Virus record (IMG/VR): IMGVR_UViG_2933953506_000002 | Coordinates: 32,001-96,000 of that record | From: a virus | Taxonomy: Duplodnaviria; Caudoviricetes | Length of the DNA: 64,000 nt | Direction: 5' to 3' (one strand) | Shown: piece after piece, positions 1 to 8,859 of the stretch | How positions within the stretch are numbered: position 1 is the first letter of the stretch | Layout: every line of letters begins with the position of its first letter | Notes under the pieces: generated by a model | What the model saw: only the letters and a program-made list of their open reading frames with translations | Databases searched by the model: none | What the model was told of the DNA's origin: nothing | Program-made: the position numbers and the translations under genes

Positions 1-25
1 ATGATCTCGTGGGTATCACGCAGGC

Positions 26-415
26 TCATGCCGGTGCCGCGTCCTGGGGGGCTCGCTCGGACGCGCGCTGGTAACCGTCGAGCAGCGTCGACAGCATGAG
101 GATCTGGTCGTTTGTGGTCGTGTCTGCTGTTGCCTGCTCCTCAGCGAGTTGCCGGACTAGGTGCAGGACGGCCCCTAGTCCTGGCTGATCATGCGTGTAA
201 AGCAAGACACGGGCGTTCCGGTCACGAGGAAGCTTGGAAGGGAAGTGGCCGATGGATCGGGCGGCAAGCTCCCGCTCGATACCCGCGACGACGCGGACCC
301 CCGCGGCTTTCGCCCCGGCGAAGACGAGTAGCTCTTCAACGGTCCACCGCAGGTAGCCACCGGTGAAGAGCTTGGGCAGGTTGTCCCACGCGGCGGCCTT
401 CGGGTTTACGGTCAT
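26..415 (-). CDS. hypothetical protein (129 aa), translationally coupled to the upstream HEPN/Zn-ribbon gene
   Basis: ATG at 415 overlaps the TGA of the 412..1329 gene (ATGA); coherent protein MTVNPKAAAWDNLPK... Confidence 0.7.
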   Translation of the reverse strand: MTVNPKAAAWDNLPKLFTGGYLRWTVEELLVFAGAKAAGVRVVAGIERELAARSIGHFPSKLPRDRNARVLLYTHDQPGLGAVLHLVRQLAEEQATADTTTNDQILMLSTLLDGYQRASERAPQDAAPA

Positions 416-1329
416 TCTTTCTCCTTGTAGGCGAATCCACAGTGGAAGCACAGCAGGATGTCGGTGTGCTTGTCCGCGGCTACGCTCGCCCACATCATCA
501 CGTCATCTTTTTCACACACGGGGCAGTCCCCTGCCCCGTCAGGGTCGGCCGCGTTGAGGACGTCCCTCCAGTAGTTGACGACGGCGTCGGTAGGAAACTC
601 GAACGCCCGCAGGCAGAATCGGCAGGTCAGGGGGGTCTCCCCCACCACTAGTGCCCACTGTCTGCAGCTCGGGCAGACCACGGTACGCTCGGCGACCGCG
701 TCGAGTTCGCTGGCTAGGTCCTGCATACGCTTCTTCACCAGTGCGTCGATGTGCTTCAGCGAGTTCCGAACGGCATCCATCGTCTTCGAGACGATCTCGG
801 CATCGCGTGAGAGCGTTGGGTGTAGATACTGGGAGACGAAGTCGATGAGGAAACTCATCGCGCGGGCAGCGCGTGCCTCCACGGCGTAGGCGTTGCCCGT
901 GTGCCCGTAGTGGGTCAGGGCGTTCCTGGTCTCCGCCAAGTCGGTAATGGCCCTGCGTTGCTTGACTGTGATCGGTACGTTGGCGATTTGGGTGAGGCGG
1001 TCCAGGGCGGTGTTTGTGTCACAGCTCTTGAATTTGCCCTGCTCGTACGAGGCGCGCGTGGCACTGCCGGGGTCCGTGAAGACCAGGCACCAGTGCTCGC
1101 GTACGAGGCGAGCCTTCAGGAGAACCTCGACGGCCGCTTGGAGGTGAAGGACGCCGTACTTCAGGTGCCGGGCACTGAGCCAGAACGGCGCTGGCTGCGA
1201 GAAGACGGAGCCGTGGGCAACCTCCGGCCACAGAGGCTGCGCGTCCATCGGTACCTGGATCTTGCCAGTCAGATACAGCACCGCACTGCTGAGGTAGTCC
1301 ATGCCGTTGCGCACGAGCGTGAAATCCAT
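412..1329 (-). CDS. HEPN-like domain protein with C-terminal Cys4 zinc ribbons
   Basis: LHLQAAVEVLLKARL helix and R-x4-H motif (TRNALTHYG); CPSC, CRFC, CPVC and CFHC pairs; start taken at ATG 1329 but could be slightly upstream. Confidence 0.65.
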   Translation of the reverse strand: MDFTLVRNGMDYLSSAVLYLTGKIQVPMDAQPLWPEVAHGSVFSQPAPFWLSARHLKYGVLHLQAAVEVLLKARLVREHWCLVFTDPGSATRASYEQGKFKSCDTNTALDRLTQIANVPITVKQRRAITDLAETRNALTHYGHTGNAYAVEARAARAMSFLIDFVSQYLHPTLSRDAEIVSKTMDAVRNSLKHIDALVKKRMQDLASELDAVAERTVVCPSCRQWALVVGETPLTCRFCLRAFEFPTDAVVNYWRDVLNAADPDGAGDCPVCEKDDVMMWASVAADKHTDILLCFHCGFAYKEKE

Positions 1330-1411
1330 CTCGGGGCGCTCGGGCAGTGACTCGACGTCGGCGTTGTGCAAGGTACCCCCTGAGGCTGGTGGCTGACGTG
1401 ACGCCAGATTA

Positions 1412-1437
1412 CCGACAACAATCACAGTTGTTGTCGG
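1412..1437. promoter_or_regulatory. perfect 10-bp inverted repeat (operator-like) in a divergent intergenic region
   Basis: CCGACAACAA-TCACAG-TTGTTGTCGG. Confidence 0.5.
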
Positions 1438-1582
1438 CTACTTGTCAGTAACAACGTAGAGCCCTCTGGAGACTTGAGACGGCGTTCCGGGCAAGCAGTA
1501 CATCAGCGGCCGCCCCGGACTACATCACGAGATTGCTGAAGTTCGCACCGAGGTGGGGCGGCTGCTCAGGTAGCGTCGGGTC

Positions 1583-2422
1583 ATGCAGTTCCACATCACC
1601 GATGAAGAGCTCCGCGCGACTCTGCACGAGGTTGAGCTCAGCGCCGCAGCAATGCGGAGCCAGCTTGAGGCCGAACAGGGAAGCGGCCCTTCTTCGAGTG
1701 TCGCTGAGGTGAACCGGCTGTTGAAGGCGATGCGGGACACAGAGCTCGCGCTGCGGGATGGGACCATCTACGCGCTGTACGACCCGCGCACAGTCGAGGT
1801 TCGCTATGTGGGCGAGACCATGACCCCGCTGCGCGTGCGCCTGTCCGGCCACCGGAGCAAGGTTGAGCGCCCGGTCGGGCAGTGGTGGGCTGAGTTGAAA
1901 GAGCAGGGGCTGGAGCCGCTCGTTGACGATCTGCGCTACGTACCGGCGAAGTTCCGCCGGACGTACGAGCAGCAGACCATCATCCACTACACCTGGCTCG
2001 GCTTTGACTTGCTCAACCGCTCGACGGCCGATGACGATGCGGTGGCATACCGCTGGCTCCAGAAGCGCCACGGGTACCCGGCCGAGCCGGAGGCGTCCAC
2101 TCCTGGGTGGTGGTGGGACGAGGCCGCAGGGGACTGGCACTGGATGCCGCCGGAGTGGCCGGTCTGGCACTCCATGCGCCAGTGGCGCTACCGGGTCCGC
2201 GGGGCTCACTGCCCTGAGTGCTCGGCGCGGCCGGGGCAGGCGTGCACCGGCATGCGGCAGTCGGCTGCATCACTGAGCGAGGGACGCTCGAACCACCTCG
2301 GGAGGATAGCCGCGCGAGTTCGCCACGAGGGCGGGTGGGAGACCTGGGCGGCTCGCAGGTGGACCGCCGGTCGCCGGCGTTCCTGGCGAGGTGCAAGCGC
2401 CCCCTGTCCGGCCGTGTGTTGA
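1583..2422 (+). CDS. GIY-YIG superfamily nuclease-like protein with C-terminal phage-type zinc finger
   Basis: IYALYDPRTVEVRYVGET..LRVRLSGH, later LLN; CPECSARPGQAC...H..R. Confidence 0.65.
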   Translation: MQFHITDEELRATLHEVELSAAAMRSQLEAEQGSGPSSSVAEVNRLLKAMRDTELALRDGTIYALYDPRTVEVRYVGETMTPLRVRLSGHRSKVERPVGQWWAELKEQGLEPLVDDLRYVPAKFRRTYEQQTIIHYTWLGFDLLNRSTADDDAVAYRWLQKRHGYPAEPEASTPGWWWDEAAGDWHWMPPEWPVWHSMRQWRYRVRGAHCPECSARPGQACTGMRQSAASLSEGRSNHLGRIAARVRHEGGWETWAARRWTAGRRRSWRGASAPCPAVC

Positions 2423-2494
2423 CTCTCAGAGAGGAACGGCACTCGTACGCCCCGCGCGGTGTCGAGGACGCCTGCTTCAGGTGCTGGCCGCGTC

Positions 2495-3625
2495 CTACCG
2501 GAGGATCGCCACCACCTCCTGGAGGACCGCGTTGAGGCGGACGGGCTCCGGGATGTCGTCCATGCTGATACGCGGCACGGAGGGGCCGATCGGCCGGTGC
2601 ATCACGTCGTCGGCTATGTCCTTGAAGGCCGCGAGCTTCTGGGCGTGCGACTTGTCGGTCCGCTTCACGGTGAACACGTGTTGGCTCGCGACCACCTTGA
2701 AGTCCGTGTGCCCGAAAAGCGGCGGGATGTGGTCCAGGATGGCCCGGATCATCGCGCCGCAGACGTATGGGTTTCCGGCCGCGTAGGCGTCGTTCAGTCC
2801 CTCGCACAGCGCGATCAGCTTGTGCACCCGCCACCGCGTCGTCTTCGCCGCCTCATCCAGATCCTTCAGGAGGCCTGGGTCGACGTACGGCCCGCGCGCG
2901 GGCTCGGCGGGAAGCGGCGGCCCCTCCGCAACGGTGGCAGGCACGTACTGGGAGGCCGCCTTGGCGACGGTCTCGCACGTTTGTGTGATGTAGTCCTCCA
3001 AAGTCTTCGCGTCTCGGAACTGCATCACGCTGCGGGTGATCTGCCGCTCCCAGGAGCCGTCCCCGAGTTGGGCGCCACCGGTGCTGATGAGGGGTTCGTA
3101 GGAGAGCAGCTCGGGCAGTGCTTCAACAAACCCAGGCTCGAGGTCCGGCATCGCGGCCATGAGCTCACCGGAACGCAGCATGACGGTGGTGATCTCGCTG
3201 GTAATCGGCCGGTCAAGGTACAGCTTGATCATATGGTGGAGGACTCGCAGGAACGGCTCACAGAACTTCGTCCGCCATGGGGTAATCCAGAGAGAGGCGG
3301 CTATCGTGAGCCGTACCCTCTCGCCCTCGCCGATGGGGCGGCGCATGGGGGCGGTGAGGCCGTACCCGGACGCGAACGGGGCGCTGTTGCCCACGCGCGG
3401 CAGGGAGTGGAACAGTTCCTCGGCGTCCCTGCCTTGCTTGTCGAAGTGGTGCTGGATGTGACCCCACAGTGGCCATTCGCCCTTCGGGAGTCCCTTCGGG
3501 GGCCGCGTCCCGTAGATGTAGGGGGTGGCGTAATTTGCCTGGCCCGTATCGAACCACGGCAGGGCGATGGCTTCGAGAAGTTCCCGCTGGGCCTGCGTGA
3601 GCTGTACGTCGAGGAGAGTGTCCAA
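2495..3625 (-). CDS. hypothetical protein with C-terminal HEPN-like domain
   Basis: TTG start with AAGAGG RBS; LCEGLNDAY..GNPYVCGAMIRAILDHIPPLFG...KDIADDVMH. Confidence 0.6.
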   Translation of the reverse strand: MDTLLDVQLTQAQRELLEAIALPWFDTGQANYATPYIYGTRPPKGLPKGEWPLWGHIQHHFDKQGRDAEELFHSLPRVGNSAPFASGYGLTAPMRRPIGEGERVRLTIAASLWITPWRTKFCEPFLRVLHHMIKLYLDRPITSEITTVMLRSGELMAAMPDLEPGFVEALPELLSYEPLISTGGAQLGDGSWERQITRSVMQFRDAKTLEDYITQTCETVAKAASQYVPATVAEGPPLPAEPARGPYVDPGLLKDLDEAAKTTRWRVHKLIALCEGLNDAYAAGNPYVCGAMIRAILDHIPPLFGHTDFKVVASQHVFTVKRTDKSHAQKLAAFKDIADDVMHRPIGPSVPRISMDDIPEPVRLNAVLQEVVAILR

Positions 3626-4129
3626 GGAAACCTCTTGGTACGAGGCGGGGGTGACGGACCGCCATGGGGCGCGTCCGTGTCCGACAGAGCGTCAGGCCGC
3701 TCATCCTAACGGCGCAATTGGCATCACCCTCGCATAATTTCCCTGATACGTGCCTGGTTGTAAGGGAGGGATCCGCATGGACGGCGCTGTCGAGGCCGGA
3801 AGCCAGGGCGCGAGAGGTTCGGGTCTCTGAATCAGGCCGATGCCCTGATGAGGATCTCTGAAATCGGCCAGGGCCGCTCGTCGCCCCACATGCTCCGTCG
3901 TTCAAGCGAGTGAGGAGTTTCAGCGAGCGCCTCACAGGTGGTCGACTGTGGCCCCGCTCGTGGAGCGTGGCGTCCGTGCCAGCGGTCGAGGTGCCTAGGG
4001 CGGCGGCCGCGCGCCAGCCCGTCGGCGGGGTGTGCCCAGGTACGCCGAAACTCGCTACGGGATGATTTTGAGGATCAGTCGACCCGACGGCTACCGGCCG
4101 CTGCGTCCAAGCGCCAGAGCAACGGAGGG

Positions 4130-5617
4130 TCAGTCCACGTCTTGTTCGACGGAGCAGGGTTGGTCCGCTGCCTGGAATACGCTGGCCATCGCCTCGGCCC
4201 ACGCTGCCGCCGGCTCAAGGTCCTGGCCCGGAGCGCTGATTCGCGCTCCGGGTTGGCTCTCTGAGGCGCGCCCCGTACGCAGGAGCCACTGAACAAACTC
4301 GGTACCAGCGTCTGGGAAACAGACCCACGCGAAGCCTGCCAGCCCCTCAGCAATGACCTCGACTCCCCCTGGGCCCTTCAGCGCCATCGGAGTAGGTCGG
4401 CATTCCTGCCTGGCCCGCTCCGCGACCATCAGCGCGATCTCGTAAAGGCTGGCCCAGTCGCCAGGAATGATCGCTGGCGAGTCAACGGCACCAGAGACCT
4501 TCTTACCGGGGGTCAGCGTGACAAGTTGGACAGGAGCATCATCCTCGATCTTCCACGCAGCCGTGACCTGCTTGCTCTGGCCGTTTAGACCGACAACCGG
4601 AGCACTGATCTCGAACCGGAGATGCTGTGCGTCTCCGTGCGCTGTTTCGTCCCTGAACTTCTTCGGCTCGGCACCATGCAGAGCCGAGAGCAACTGGATC
4701 GCGAGGAGTCTCCAGTTGCTCTGCTCGATTCCCAACTCTCGTTGGAAGAACCTGGCCTTCGAGCCGCCAACGGGATGGGCAAGGTTCAGGGCGTAGTCAT
4801 GCAACTTACTCCGCAGGTCGTCCACCAGGGGCTGCTGACGTCCTACCTTGAAGGACAGGCGACGTTCGGCTTCCTGGTAGTCATGAACGAGTGCCACGAT
4901 CGACTCTTGGTAGGTCCTGCCCCCGGAGAATGCGAGGGCACCTAGCGTCACCGGAGCCCCGGACGGAACCGGGGCGGGGTTCCACAGAATCTGGCAGTGG
5001 GGTTCGGCGATCGGACGATCTTCCAGGCCGATGCCATCCACCGCTATACCCGCGAAGAGTTTCCCCGCCGAGATGCCCTCCTCGCCCGGGTGATCCACCC
5101 ACCCCCGCGAGTACCTCCACCCGGGAAGCAAGGAGAACACCTCTTGGTGGAGGGGGTCGTTCGGGTCGACTTCCATCGCACCGAGGTACCAGCGAAACGC
5201 CCGCAGCCGGTCGTCCAGCGGTGCACGCAGCTCGCTCGGCAGCCGCGAGATCACACCGACGTAGACATTCGATGTCCCGAGAAGCCACGGCGCGTGTGCA
5301 TCCAGTGTGCTCCAGCGGCCTTCGCCGCCTCGGCACAGCGTGGAGGCTGAAGACCACAGGAGAAACGGATCGCGCGCCAGCGTCAACTTGCCGTCGGACG
5401 AGGAACTCTCACAGCGGAAGGTCGGCAACATGAGCGAGCCCCAGTACGTCTGGAACTGGCACCTTCGGGGTTCATCCACGGTGAGGATGGCCGAGAGGAT
5501 CGCCCGTTTGATCCTCGAACCGTACTCAAACTCGCGCGACAGAACAGGATCGTCCGCGCTGACAAAGATGGCAATGGGCCCCTGGTGAGAGATCGCCGCT
5601 GCGGATGCTTCAGCCAT
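4130..5617 (-). CDS. multidomain protein containing a DUF6883-like (putative nuclease toxin) domain
   Basis: KLHDYALNLAHPVGGSKARFF..LG...VTAAWKIE..VQLVT; C-terminal PTPM...EGLAGFAWV module; lower GC3 than its neighbours. Confidence 0.6.
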   Translation of the reverse strand: MAEASAAAISHQGPIAIFVSADDPVLSREFEYGSRIKRAILSAILTVDEPRRCQFQTYWGSLMLPTFRCESSSSDGKLTLARDPFLLWSSASTLCRGGEGRWSTLDAHAPWLLGTSNVYVGVISRLPSELRAPLDDRLRAFRWYLGAMEVDPNDPLHQEVFSLLPGWRYSRGWVDHPGEEGISAGKLFAGIAVDGIGLEDRPIAEPHCQILWNPAPVPSGAPVTLGALAFSGGRTYQESIVALVHDYQEAERRLSFKVGRQQPLVDDLRSKLHDYALNLAHPVGGSKARFFQRELGIEQSNWRLLAIQLLSALHGAEPKKFRDETAHGDAQHLRFEISAPVVGLNGQSKQVTAAWKIEDDAPVQLVTLTPGKKVSGAVDSPAIIPGDWASLYEIALMVAERARQECRPTPMALKGPGGVEVIAEGLAGFAWVCFPDAGTEFVQWLLRTGRASESQPGARISAPGQDLEPAAAWAEAMASVFQAADQPCSVEQDVD

Positions 5618-6109
5618 GCCCGCCAGTATTCGCGACGGTCCGAGCGCCGAACACACCTGTGACGTAGACAGGTACAGATCGAGCAGGCCGGCAGCCGATC
5701 AGCACGGTCAGGGAGAGCCCGCCCCAAGGACAACGACGCGACGGCCGAGAGTGACCACTTCCGCTCGTTGCTCGCCGGGCCAGACAAAGGCGTCGCGGCG
5801 GGGGCCAATCCAGGCGGCCCCTTCCTTGTGGTGGTGCCCGCCCGCAGGTCAGGTGCGGACGGGTGAGGAGAGCCACTGAGCAGGTCTGGGGCTACCCAGA
5901 GCAAGGGGTGGCCGCTTTCAGAGAGCGCCATCAGCCCGCCGCGCAATAACGCGGCACAGCCCGGCACCTGTTCCCAGATGACGACCACGAGCACCTGCTG
6001 GGCCCGAACCCGGTCATGGGCGCGTCCGTCTCCACGGGATTCGCCCGCATGCCGCTGGTCAGCGTCGAACTGACCAACGTCCTGACGTGACGGAGACCCC
6101 ACGACGGGC

Positions 6110-6307
6110 CTACCCGGTAGCGGGCGGCTCCTCGTTGTCCGCCCGGGGCCGCCCCTCGGGCTTCTTGAAACGGTGCCACGCGTCGCGTGCTTTCCCGGCG
6201 GAGTCGATCACGTCCGGGACCTGGTCGAGCAGCCCCTTTAGAGCGAAGAGGCAGATCGAAGCCACGCCAGCGACGGCGAGAATGAAGAGGATGGCTGCGC
6301 CGTCCAC
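6110..6307 (-). CDS. small single-pass membrane protein
   Basis: GTG start with purine-rich RBS; N-terminal hydrophobic helix. Confidence 0.6.
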   Translation of the reverse strand: MDGAAILFILAVAGVASICLFALKGLLDQVPDVIDSAGKARDAWHRFKKPEGRPRADNEEPPATG

Positions 6308-6849
6308 CGATCCCTACCTTCCCTGTCATGGGTCGGATCGGGTGCGCAGGCAGCCTCGATCCGAACCCTTACGGTTCGGACCGAGACACCCGCGCCGACG
6401 TGTGCGCAAATGTTCTCGGTTCTCAGCAGTCGCCAACAGTCCGAGCGAACAAGCTAGCTCGGAGTCTGGAGCGGTCCGCCTCATTGATTCCAGCTCACGC
6501 CGTACAGGTGTGCATTGCGATTGCCGCAGTGCACCCAGCCGGAATGCTCGGAAGCAGCCCGCGAGGCCTCAAGTAGAGAGCCTGACGACTTACCGGTTTG
6601 AATGTAGCACGGGTCAAGGTAGGTGCGGCCGAACGTAACTAGACCGCAGCCCGGTCGAGTTGGGGTGGGGTTGACCAGCCGGTTACGAAGAAGATGTAAC
6701 AGGAACTGGGAGTTCGACGTACAGCAGATGAGGGATGGCCCGGTCTCGCCCCCAGCAAACAGGAGATGCCCCTCTATGAGCACTGAACACGCTGCGCCCC
6801 ACACACCGATCTCGGATCGCGCCCACTCGGCTGGCCAGGGCGGTCACGC

Positions 6850-7092
6850 GTGATATCTCCCCTGTCCGTCCTTATCCCGTCCCTGGCCGCGGACGCCGCC
6901 CACGACGCCGCACATCAGACGCACGCGCAGTTCCGGCACGGCGTCTACTCCGTGCCGTGCGGGACGTGCCACGTCCCGGCCGGCGAACTGTGCCTATCCC
7001 GGCGCGCCGTGCACCCCGCCCGCCGGGACCTGTACCGGAAGAACCAGGAGGCCACCACGCTGGTGCCCCTACTGGTGGGGCGCGTCCGATGA
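6850..7092 (+). CDS. small phage-type zinc-finger protein
   Basis: CGTCHVPAGELC....HPARR; coupled to next gene (ATGA). Confidence 0.6.
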   Translation: MISPLSVLIPSLAADAAHDAAHQTHAQFRHGVYSVPCGTCHVPAGELCLSRRAVHPARRDLYRKNQEATTLVPLLVGRVR

Positions 7093-7742
7093 GCGCCCTC
7101 GCCATCGAGGTCCTGGCCGCCCCGCCCGAGTGGGACGGTCGCCTGGTCGTGCGCGCCGCGGGCCGCCCCGTCCTGCATATCGGCGCCGAAGGCATCACGG
7201 CCCCATCCGTGCCAGTCTTTGCCGTGGCGCTGGAGTGCACGCCGGACGCCGAACGGGCCCCGGGCGTACGGCCGTGGGACGGCCCGGTCACCGAGTCCGC
7301 AATCTGCCCGGCCTGCCTGCGCTCCCTACGTGGAGAGGCGGAACCCGAGGCGCCCCACCTCGTTCCCGTCGGCGTCGCCAAGGCCCTGCCCGAGCCTGAC
7401 CGCCGCGGCCGCCACTTGCAAGTTGTCCTGGACCCGGTCACGTACGCCGAGGCGTGCCTGCCCGACGAGCACGCCGGACGCCCGATCACGTGGTCCCCCT
7501 GGAAACCAGCCCCGACCATCTCCCACTACGACCCTTCGTGTGATTGGTGCGGCCGCCAGGACCACAGCGAGCTGAGCAGTGGCTGCCAGGGACACCCCGG
7601 ATCCAAGACGCCTCCCCCTCGCTTATTCCTCGCCCGCCGGTACACCGCTTGCCAGTTGATGACCGCCTACGAGCAGGTCGGTAGCGAACTCAAGAAGATC
7701 GCACACCACAAGTCGCGCGCCCCCAAGGACTGCAACCGATGA
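7089..7742 (+). CDS. Cys-rich hypothetical protein (contains a TTA codon)
   Basis: ATG at 7089 overlaps the upstream stop; CPAC and CDWC motifs; TTA at 7623. Confidence 0.55.
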   Translation: MSALAIEVLAAPPEWDGRLVVRAAGRPVLHIGAEGITAPSVPVFAVALECTPDAERAPGVRPWDGPVTESAICPACLRSLRGEAEPEAPHLVPVGVAKALPEPDRRGRHLQVVLDPVTYAEACLPDEHAGRPITWSPWKPAPTISHYDPSCDWCGRQDHSELSSGCQGHPGSKTPPPRLFLARRYTACQLMTAYEQVGSELKKIAHHKSRAPKDCNR

Positions 7743-7996
7743 GTTCCATCTTCACCCCCGACGCAACCGCCCTCGAGCAGCGCATCGCCTTGGTCGCGTG
7801 CGGCCCCCGCCCGGGTAAGACACAGGCCTGCGACCACCACCGGCACAAGGCCCGGGGACTGATGGAGGTCGCCTCTTGGGGCGCCATCGACGCTCTCGCA
7901 GCGGCGATATGCGATTCCACGCACCTCCGGGCCTGCGTCGTCTGCGTGGAGAAGGCCGTCGACATCATCCGCGTCGTCAACGGGGAGGTCGAGTGA
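7739..7996 (+). CDS. small Cys/His-rich protein with internal duplication
   Basis: ATGA coupling; two AL...I..C....ACxx(H/C)..KA units. Confidence 0.6.
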   Translation: MSSIFTPDATALEQRIALVACGPRPGKTQACDHHRHKARGLMEVASWGAIDALAAAICDSTHLRACVVCVEKAVDIIRVVNGEVE

Positions 7997-8041
7997 CCAC
8001 GGCTGTTGCCGACCTTGGGTAGTCCGCGAATCTCCGCGGCC

Positions 8042-8083
8042 CTTATAAAACTCAAACCGCATTTGAGGTAGAGTCTTTATAAG
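8042..8083. promoter_or_regulatory. AT-rich nested palindromic operator/promoter upstream of the toxin-XRE pair
   Basis: CTTATAAAACTC...GAGTCTTTATAAG, plus inner CTCAAA-CCGCA-TTTGAG. Confidence 0.55.
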
Positions 8084-8109
8084 CCTACTGTCGACTCCCG
8101 GAGGTCCCC

Positions 8110-8793
8110 TTGGCCCTGCCCCTCGTAACGCCGTCCCCTGAACCCGATGACGTACAGGCCCAGTTGGGCGGTATGGGGACCAGGTTGGAGTTCCTGCACG
8201 ACGTATTGCGCGCAGGCGAGGCGGCGCGACGCACCGCCGTCCCCAATGACCCGACGGGGACGGCGGGCCGACGGGCCTATGAGGCGCACGTGAGGACCAT
8301 CCGCGAACTGCACATCGAGCGGGAGGGGTGGGCCCGGCTCGTTCACGGTCGCCTCGAGCTTGTCTGCAACGCGGACCGGTCGGTCGCGATGGGCGTGATG
8401 GTCGGCGACGCCGCCACAGGGCAGGCAAGCCTCTTCCCGAAGAACGCACGCCGACGCGGACCCGCTACCGACATGGTCACTCGCGCCAATGCCGGTGAGG
8501 GCGCCCCGCACGTACAGACGGCTCTGTTCGTAGCCGGTGCCGGCCCTGACGGGGTTGCTCTAAGCGATGAAGAAGCATTCGCCCTGAAGACGTGGTTCCT
8601 ACTGTCCTATCGCACCCAGATCGGCGAGACGGTGCGGATCGACTGTGAGCTGTCGCAGCCTAAGAGGTTCGAGGACGGCTTCGTGGTCGAATGGGGTCCG
8701 CGGATTCCGCTTCCTGCCCTCGTGATGGACGGAATCGAACCTACGAACGATGATGGGCCCGGAGAGATCGACATCCCCGTCGACTTCCGCTGA
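8110..8793 (+). CDS. Rv2016-like putative toxin, partner of the XRE-COG2856 protein
   Basis: TTG start after GGAGG; GDAATG...PKN.RRRGPAT and WFLL...ELSQP...W..RI pattern; directly upstream of the XRE-peptidase. Confidence 0.6.
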   Translation: MALPLVTPSPEPDDVQAQLGGMGTRLEFLHDVLRAGEAARRTAVPNDPTGTAGRRAYEAHVRTIRELHIEREGWARLVHGRLELVCNADRSVAMGVMVGDAATGQASLFPKNARRRGPATDMVTRANAGEGAPHVQTALFVAGAGPDGVALSDEEAFALKTWFLLSYRTQIGETVRIDCELSQPKRFEDGFVVEWGPRIPLPALVMDGIEPTNDDGPGEIDIPVDFR

Positions 8794-8800
8794 GGCCCGT

Positions 8801-8831
8801 CGGTGGGGCGGCGAACCCTGTCGCCCCACCG
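8801..8831 (+). terminator. GC-rich hairpin between toxin and XRE-peptidase genes
   Basis: CGGTGGGGCGGC-GAACCCT-GTCGCCCCACCG (12-bp stem, one G-U pair). Confidence 0.5.
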
Positions 8832-8859
8832 TGCACCACCAATAACTGAGGCAGCCCAC

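Noticed and set aside
3258-4353. ORFs of 90-314 aa in the 3.7-4.1 kb gap
   Set aside because: Arg/Pro-rich, no codon bias, overlap better-supported genes
5940-6090. Short plus-strand coding-like fragment (HLFPDDDHEHLLGPNPVMG...TNVLT*)
   Set aside because: No clear start or RBS and no recognisable family; possibly a gene remnant, too weak to call
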